Positions 56,977 through 64,000 of a stretch of 64,000 bases of DNA are shown piece after piece. The notes under the pieces were generated by a model, which saw only the letters and a list, made by a program, of their open reading frames with translations, did no database searches and was not told the origin of the DNA. Location of the stretch: NCBI RefSeq assembly GCF_009914755.1, contig NC_060933.1; one strand, written 5' to 3'. Every line of letters begins with the position of its first letter. Position 1 is the first letter of the stretch. Source of the DNA: the human T2T-CHM13v2.0 reference genome, Homo sapiens. Both the position numbers and the translations under genes were made by a program.

Positions 56977-58077
56977 CTATAATATAAAAAGAAAAAAAGA
57001 GAGAACTTAGCAAGCCAAACACAACCAAGACCAATTATTTTTATAGCTTATTCTTTTTTTCTGTACTGCAATCCTTCAGTCAGGACTTTAACCACAGCTA
57101 GCCCTATACAGATATTTTGACACAGCAACAAACCACCACCAAAAGGTTAACTGTTCTACCCTGGTCTACCCTTTAGAATGGAAGAAAACAAAACCAAGAA
57201 CAAAAAGTTCTCTCCCACATGCAACGTTATTCAGTTTTAACTGGATACTGGAAAGGATACAAGATTTCTAAAGGCATCTTCTGGAACTAGTTAGTAGAGC
57301 AAGGCAGCAAAACTTTAATCAGATACCATCAGTTATTAGGGACAATATATCTATCCCTGGTGAAATCATCTTACTGATGAAGTTTCTCCAAAGACAGGAT
57401 CACTGCCCATTACTGTATTAGGGTTACCTAGTTAGAAAAATAGCCAAGTTTCCCCAAGAAAGCCACTATGAGAGACATATGTTAAGTGACACCATGGGGA
57501 TACTCTCAGCAAAACCCAGACTGTGATAAACTTTAGACAAGGTAACTTCTTCAACCAGTACACTGCAGCGGCAAGCAGGAAGATGGGAATGAAAGGGGAG
57601 CCTATGCAAACAACTAGATATTTGATTTTAAGGAATTACTGTTAAAATTGTTTTAGGTACTATAATGGTATTGTGGTTAGGTTTGTTTTTTAAAGGTCCC
57701 TACAAAAACTGTCATGGGAATTAGGGAGTTTTCTAAAGAGCTAAAAATGTTCTATATTTCGATCTGCGTGATTATAGAGATAAATACATTTATAAAAATT
57801 CATCAAACTCTACACTTTCATACCTTCTACTGTATCTACTATACTTCAATTTAAAATATATATTTAAAGGAATCTTTTTTTAGAGATAAAGATGGAAATA
57901 TTTGCAGGCGAAATAACAGCTAGTAGAATTTTCTTTAAATAATGAGGAGACACTGGGGAGGGGTTATGTAAGTAAAACCAAAATTGCCACTAATTGATAA
58001 TTATTCAAGCTTCATAACAGATACTGAGAATTACTATTGTGTTTGCCAGAAATTTTCCACAATAATTTTCTACAGGA

Positions 58078-58182
58078 AGATAGATTAGATAGACATAGAT
58101 CACTCAATAGATGGATCAATGACAGAGACGTAGATAGATATATGGATAGACAGACAGACAGATCAACAGATTGATCGATCAA
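58078..58182. repeat. Degenerate (GATA/GACA)n tetranucleotide repeat
   Basis: Directly visible. Confidence 0.8.
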
Positions 58183-58382
58183 TCCTGAGAGGGGCAGAAG
58201 CAATGACATCCTAGTAGCAACAAGCATACCTAACACCCAGAATTGATCTTGTTTTTCAATACCATTCTCCAGGAAAAGGAACCAAGCTCCTTGGAAAAAG
58301 GTCTGAGTTTAGGGATTGGGGCAGGTCAAAAACAAGATGAGCCTGAAGCGTCTTGTAGTGCCTAAAAGGAAATGGAACATGG

Positions 58383-58696
<314 letters not shown>

Positions 58697-60118
58697 TCAA
58701 AGGGATACAGGAACCAACCTGAAAGAACGTCATTGCCCAAGCAATGACGATAGAAGGAACAAAATAAATAACAGCATTGGATTATAAGCCAAAATGTCAA
58801 TCTACATGAGTCCATACTGATGGAAATAATTATTGAATGATGAAAGAAACTGGGGGGGAAGAGGCAAATTTTTCTTATAGGAAGAATTCAAAATAATATA
58901 TGTGGCTATTTCCCCCTACAGGAGGTGGAGCTTAATTCCTGCCCACCCTCCCCCTTGAGGGTAGACTAGATTTAGTGACTACTTCTTTAGAATACAAAAA
59001 GGGAGAAATGTTAACTTCACAGTAGAGAAAACTGTCAAATACTATCTTAGTCCAGTAAGAAGGTAAACCTCATGATGTCGTGCAGATATCACGTGTCCCT
59101 GAAATGATGTGACAAGAAAGGCATTTTACCCCTCTGGTATTCATAACAAAAACCCATAACCCAAATCTAATCATGAGTACAACAACAGAAAAACCCAAAC
59201 TGGGGGACATTCTATAAGACACCTGGCCAGTACTGCTCAGGACGTTCAAGATCATGAAAAATAAGAAAAGACTAAAAAACTGTCTCAGACCAGAGAAAGC
59301 TGGAAAACATCACAACTAAATGGTCCTTTGCACAGGATCCTGGGGGGGAAAAAAGGACATTAATGAAAAAACTGGTAAAATCCAAATAAAGTCTCAAGTT
59401 TAGTTTAAAAAATTAATAATAAAAAGAAAAAAGGGAGGGAGGAAAGAAAGGCTCAATCTGAGACTACCAGTGATTCTATTTGATAAATGCTGAATGCTGC
59501 TGTAAAAGAAGTTCTCAGGAATGCTGAGTTCAACCCACAGTGTTTGCAGAAGTTACAGGTAAAGGAGCAGCTCCTTAGGGCCTTACAGCTTTTAGGCCAT
59601 AGAAACTACAAATCTGAGCTACAGAAACTGTAAAAGAAGTGTTCTGTGGACAAAGGCAGAAAATTAAACTCTTCATAATAAACTGACCTAGAGAATCTCT
59701 GTCAAAGTTAAAGAAAACGGTGGGGGGAGATGGGGGGGTGGGGTGCGGCGGCAGGAGGGTGTGGAATATCCAGTCCCTGTTCCTTTTCATGCAATCATTT
59801 GGATGCTTCTATGTATGCCCAGCATAGCACCTAACATCTTCTCTCCCTCACGAGACAGGCAAATATAACATCCTAAACACAATAAAATTATGAGAACATG
59901 GGAATGGGAAGAAAGAGCACCAACCACCATGTGAGAGGGTCCTGCTAAAACAGGCTGGCTACACCAGAGGAAAAGGTAAAGCCTTCTACCTTTGAGGTGA
60001 ATCAATCTAACACTGTTACGTCATCTTTACAGACCCATCTATACTTAAATAAAAGATAAGCTTGTTCAAGTTTCACAAAAAAGAAGAAAGGTCAACATCT
60101 ACAGATATAACTGCTACA

Positions 60119-60474
<356 letters not shown>

Positions 60475-60566
60475 TAAACTTACCATTCCTTCCCTATATG
60501 ACTTCGGAGTTTCTAGGCATGCTTAGAAAAGTCATTTTCACTGCAAAATACTTTTAAATATTATAT

Positions 60567-61415
60567 TGTGCAGAGAAGAGTTTACACAGACCCAGGACTG
60601 CTACCTGTAGAAACACTTGCTTTCGGCCTGGCACATGGTTCACGCCTGTAATCCCAGCACTTTGGGAGGCCAAGGAGGGCAGATCATGAGGTCAGGAGAT
60701 AGAGACTATCCTGGCGAACACGGTGAAACCCCATCTCTACTAAAATTTCAAAAAATTAGCCGGGCGTGGTGGCGGGTGCCTGTAGTCCCAGCTACTCAGG
60801 AAGCTGAGGCAGGAGAATGGCATGAACCCAGGGAGCGGAGCTCGCAGTGAGCAGATATCGTGCCACTGCACTCCAGTCTGGGCAATAAAGCGAGACTCTG
60901 TCTCAGAAAAAAAAAGAAAGAAAGAAAGATGTGCTTTCTAGCTGAGGCTGGCCCATGGCTGATATCTGGAAACCTGGATTTCAGCAGGGTTCCCACCATT
61001 CCCAGAACTGCTAAGAGTGGTTCATTGTGCCTGTCTGTGCAAATAATATTGTTTATGCTGAACATCAGCTTCCCTTCAGGGCGGAATTTTGGTACATTTT
61101 AGGAAGAAGGTACCAACATGACCAGCCCCAAATAAAAACCTGAGGCACTGAGTCTCTGATGACCATCTCTGGTGGATACCATTTCAGAGGTGCTGTCACA
61201 ACTCACTTCTGGAGGAATCAAGTATGTGCTGTGTGACTCCACCAGAAGATTCTTGGAAGCTTGCACCTGGTTTCCTCCAGATTTCACTCACATGACTTTT
61301 CCCTTTGGTGACCTTGCTACACTAAATCTTAGCTGGGAGTACAAATATATGCTGAATCCTGTGAGTCCTACTAGACAATCACTGAAGCTAGGGGCGAACT
61401 GGGAGTCTCCTGGCA
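60567..61415 (+). mobile_element. MER68-like ERVL LTR interrupted by an Alu
   Basis: Starts tgtgcagagaagagttt; contains 'agggttcccaccattccc', 'gaccagccccaaataaaaacc', 'tgctgaatcctgtgagtcct'. Confidence 0.8.
60625..60928 (+). mobile_element. AluY/Sc-like
   Basis: TSD agaaa....tgctttc. Confidence 0.93.
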
Positions 61416-62289
61416 GGTATATTTACCTATGTTTTCTTTCAAGTACACTTATGATTTTGCTTTCTGCATTCAAGTCTTTGATCCATCTGGAATTTTCTTT
61501 TGGTATATGGAGGGATGTAGGAAACAAGTCTTTGGTGGGTTTTTAAAATCTTCTTAACTATGTAATAATACATACAGAAAATCATTCAAAACATAAATGC
61601 ATGGTTTAATGAATTATTATAAACAATCTTGTGACTACCCCCCAAGTCAAGAAGAAAATTAATTTTGAAGCCTGCATAAAGAAAGATTTGTACTGGACTG
61701 AAAACAGAACTGAAGAAGACTGAAAGATTATATAACGTAAAAAAGCACAGTGAGTTTTAAGGACTTGCCCAAGGTCACAGATTAATTAGCAGCAGAGTAA
61801 GAATAAGAATGGAGTCTTCTGACCTTTAGTCTAAAAATCCTTGCCTATACCATACAACTGTCTCCAAGAATGACCCTATTTTCTATCAGGTACACATACT
61901 ATACATACTACACCTTATACAGGAAGTTTTATTTGAAAGAATATCCAAACGTTCACTAGAATGTGTCTCATTCAGGCAGTATTTATTACAAAAATGGAAA
62001 AACATACAAATTCAAAGGTCAGAAAACAACACTAGAGGGAACTCACTACTATGAATAAGAAGCTAACTCCATATGTGACCAGCTGCAGTTCAACCTTTCT
62101 CCTCCTCCTTCCTGCTCATCAAAATTCTCTCCTCCTTCAAGGCCCAGCACCCTCCCAGTTTCACAGTCAAGCACTCATTCTCCTATCTAGGTCACTCATT
62201 CAAGTATCTACTGAAACTCTACCATGCGTAAGAGCTTGGTGGTCATGGGTAAAAAGAGTGGAGAGGGAAGAGGCATGGATGTTGTCCAG

Positions 62290-63210
62290 GCTTACCTCAC
62301 AAGTATATGATAACTGCATGTAGAAAGAAAATAACAGAAGGCCTAGGACAGACTGTTTGCGAACAACAGCATTTAAATGCAGGAGAAGGAAAGTCTGAAA
62401 AAGGGAATGGTAGGCAACAGACAAAAATAAAAAGAAAACGTGGGGTCAGAATAATTAAGAAAGATTTTCCTAGGAGACAGCAGTCAACCATTTCAAATGA
62501 TGCAAAAAGATCATGCAAGATAAGAATTGAAAAGAATCCAGTTAATTCAGCAATAGAGTTCACACCTGACCTTGGCTCAAGCAGTTTCAATGAAGTGGTA
62601 GAGAAAAAAGCAGACTGTACAGGGTAGAGGAATCAGTGGAAGATTAAAAAGGATGTGAGGAATACAGTAAATGACAACTCTTTAGAAACTTTTAGTTATG
62701 AAAGGGGAGGGGAACAGTTATTTTTCATTATTTCAATCAAATAAGAGCTCTGAGCACATTTAAATAGCAAAAGGAAAAAGCCACTAGAGAGAAAGAAACT
62801 GAAGAGGGAAAAAATTATTAGACTGTGACCCTGAGAATATGGGAGAGATTAGGATTCAGCACAAGGTCTGAGGAATTACCTTAGATAGGACAGGAAGGCC
62901 ATCTCTGCCATTGTAACAGGAGGGAAACAGGAAGACTGCTGTTGATAAAATCAATCTTATAAATTTTATGGAAGGGCCTGAAAGAATTCCCTTCTGATGG
63001 TTTCTATTATTTCTGTAAAATAGAAGGCACAGTCTTCTTCTGAGATTTGGAGAGCAGAGGGCAAGTGGGCAGCGTGACAATGGTAGGAAAAGGCTTGCCC
63101 CAGAGTGAAGAAGAGAAGAAAATTGACTGGTAAAATGAACTACAAATGTGAAGAAAGTGTAAAGGACCCAATTGAGGTTAGTGAATATAAATTTACAGCA
63201 GCATTAATCC
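62290..63210 (-). mobile_element. L2 fragments
   Basis: Purine-rich reverse L2 motifs 'caaatgatgcaaaaagatcatgcaagataagaattgaaaag'. Confidence 0.6.
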
Positions 63211-63778
63211 ACACAGTCAAACAAATAAAAAATAAATCTCCTATCCTTTCTTCCCCCTACCCCTATAGCATTTATATCAGTGTCTAATCACTGAAAAAAT
63301 ACAAACATATACAGACAACGTTTTCCAAACCTTCAGTTATAAATGTGATTTAGGAAAATATCCTTTATTTCACATCAACCAACTAAGGAGAATTTCTGCT
63401 AAAAGAAGTATCTAGATTTTGTGTGCATATACATACACACATGAGAAACACACATTAAAAAAGTATAAAATTCCTCCTTTGCATATATTATGGGGACAAT
63501 TCTAAATGGGCTATTATTTATAAACTATACATTATTAATATAGACTTGTGAAAGCCCAACTAATGATTCTCTCCGAGAGTCTAAGATATAAAGGAGCCAA
63601 CGGACCTATATTTTCATGTCAGATACATTACTGGTTTTAGTTAGTAAACTAAACCTCTCTAAGGTTATTAATGAACTTGTCTATTAGGAACAGCATAAGA
63701 TTGCTTCATAAGAATGTTGTGAAACATTATATAATGTTATATATGGCTATCATATTACAGATGTAGCTTTTATATTCT

Positions 63779-64000
63779 TGTGTAATAAAGAATTTAGGTG
63801 ACCTCTGTCCATGTTCCTGAGAGGAAAGCACTAAACCCTTGGGATTTCCCCAGTAACTGAAGTGCCTTTGTTATTCATGGTGGGACCCTCTAATCACATT
63901 TGATAACTTACACTGAGGAAGTAACTCATAGTGGGCCCCAGATTGTTTACGCTAAGAGATAACTCAGGATGGGGGTTGATCACACTAGAAAGACTAATCA
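63779..64000 (+). mobile_element. MER21/MER77-like ERVL LTR, cut off at the window edge
   Basis: 'ctaaacccttgggatttccc...ctttgttattcat...gatgggggttgatcacactagaaagactaa'. Confidence 0.65.

Overview
Primate (very likely human) genomic DNA lying entirely inside one known gene on the minus strand: ECPAS (ECM29/KIAA0368), the HEAT-repeat proteasome adaptor and scaffold. I reconstructed 23 consecutive coding exons by hand, from 56846-56976 down to 2439-2562. All are GT-AG with consistent phases. They total 2754 nt (918 codons), reading from ...[17 protein letters not shown]... to ...EEEYTPPAG. The start exon and the C-terminal half lie outside the window. Introns are dominated by interspersed repeats: about 30 Alu/FLAM copies, an old near-full-length antisense L1 with nested insertions (MER11C-like solo LTR, MSTA LTR, Alus, a second L1 3' end), hAT and Tigger DNA transposon remnants, MIR/L2, ERVL LTRs and a 3'-truncated 5S rRNA pseudogene. 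Nearly all ORF-track entries are repeat-derived or exon read-through artefacts. I found no convincing new biological system. The observations worth checking are splicing oddities, templated-insertion/fold-back scars, TE insertion architecture and possible intronic poly(A) or dsRNA elements. Repeat subfamily calls come from recalled consensus sequences and repeat boundaries are approximate.
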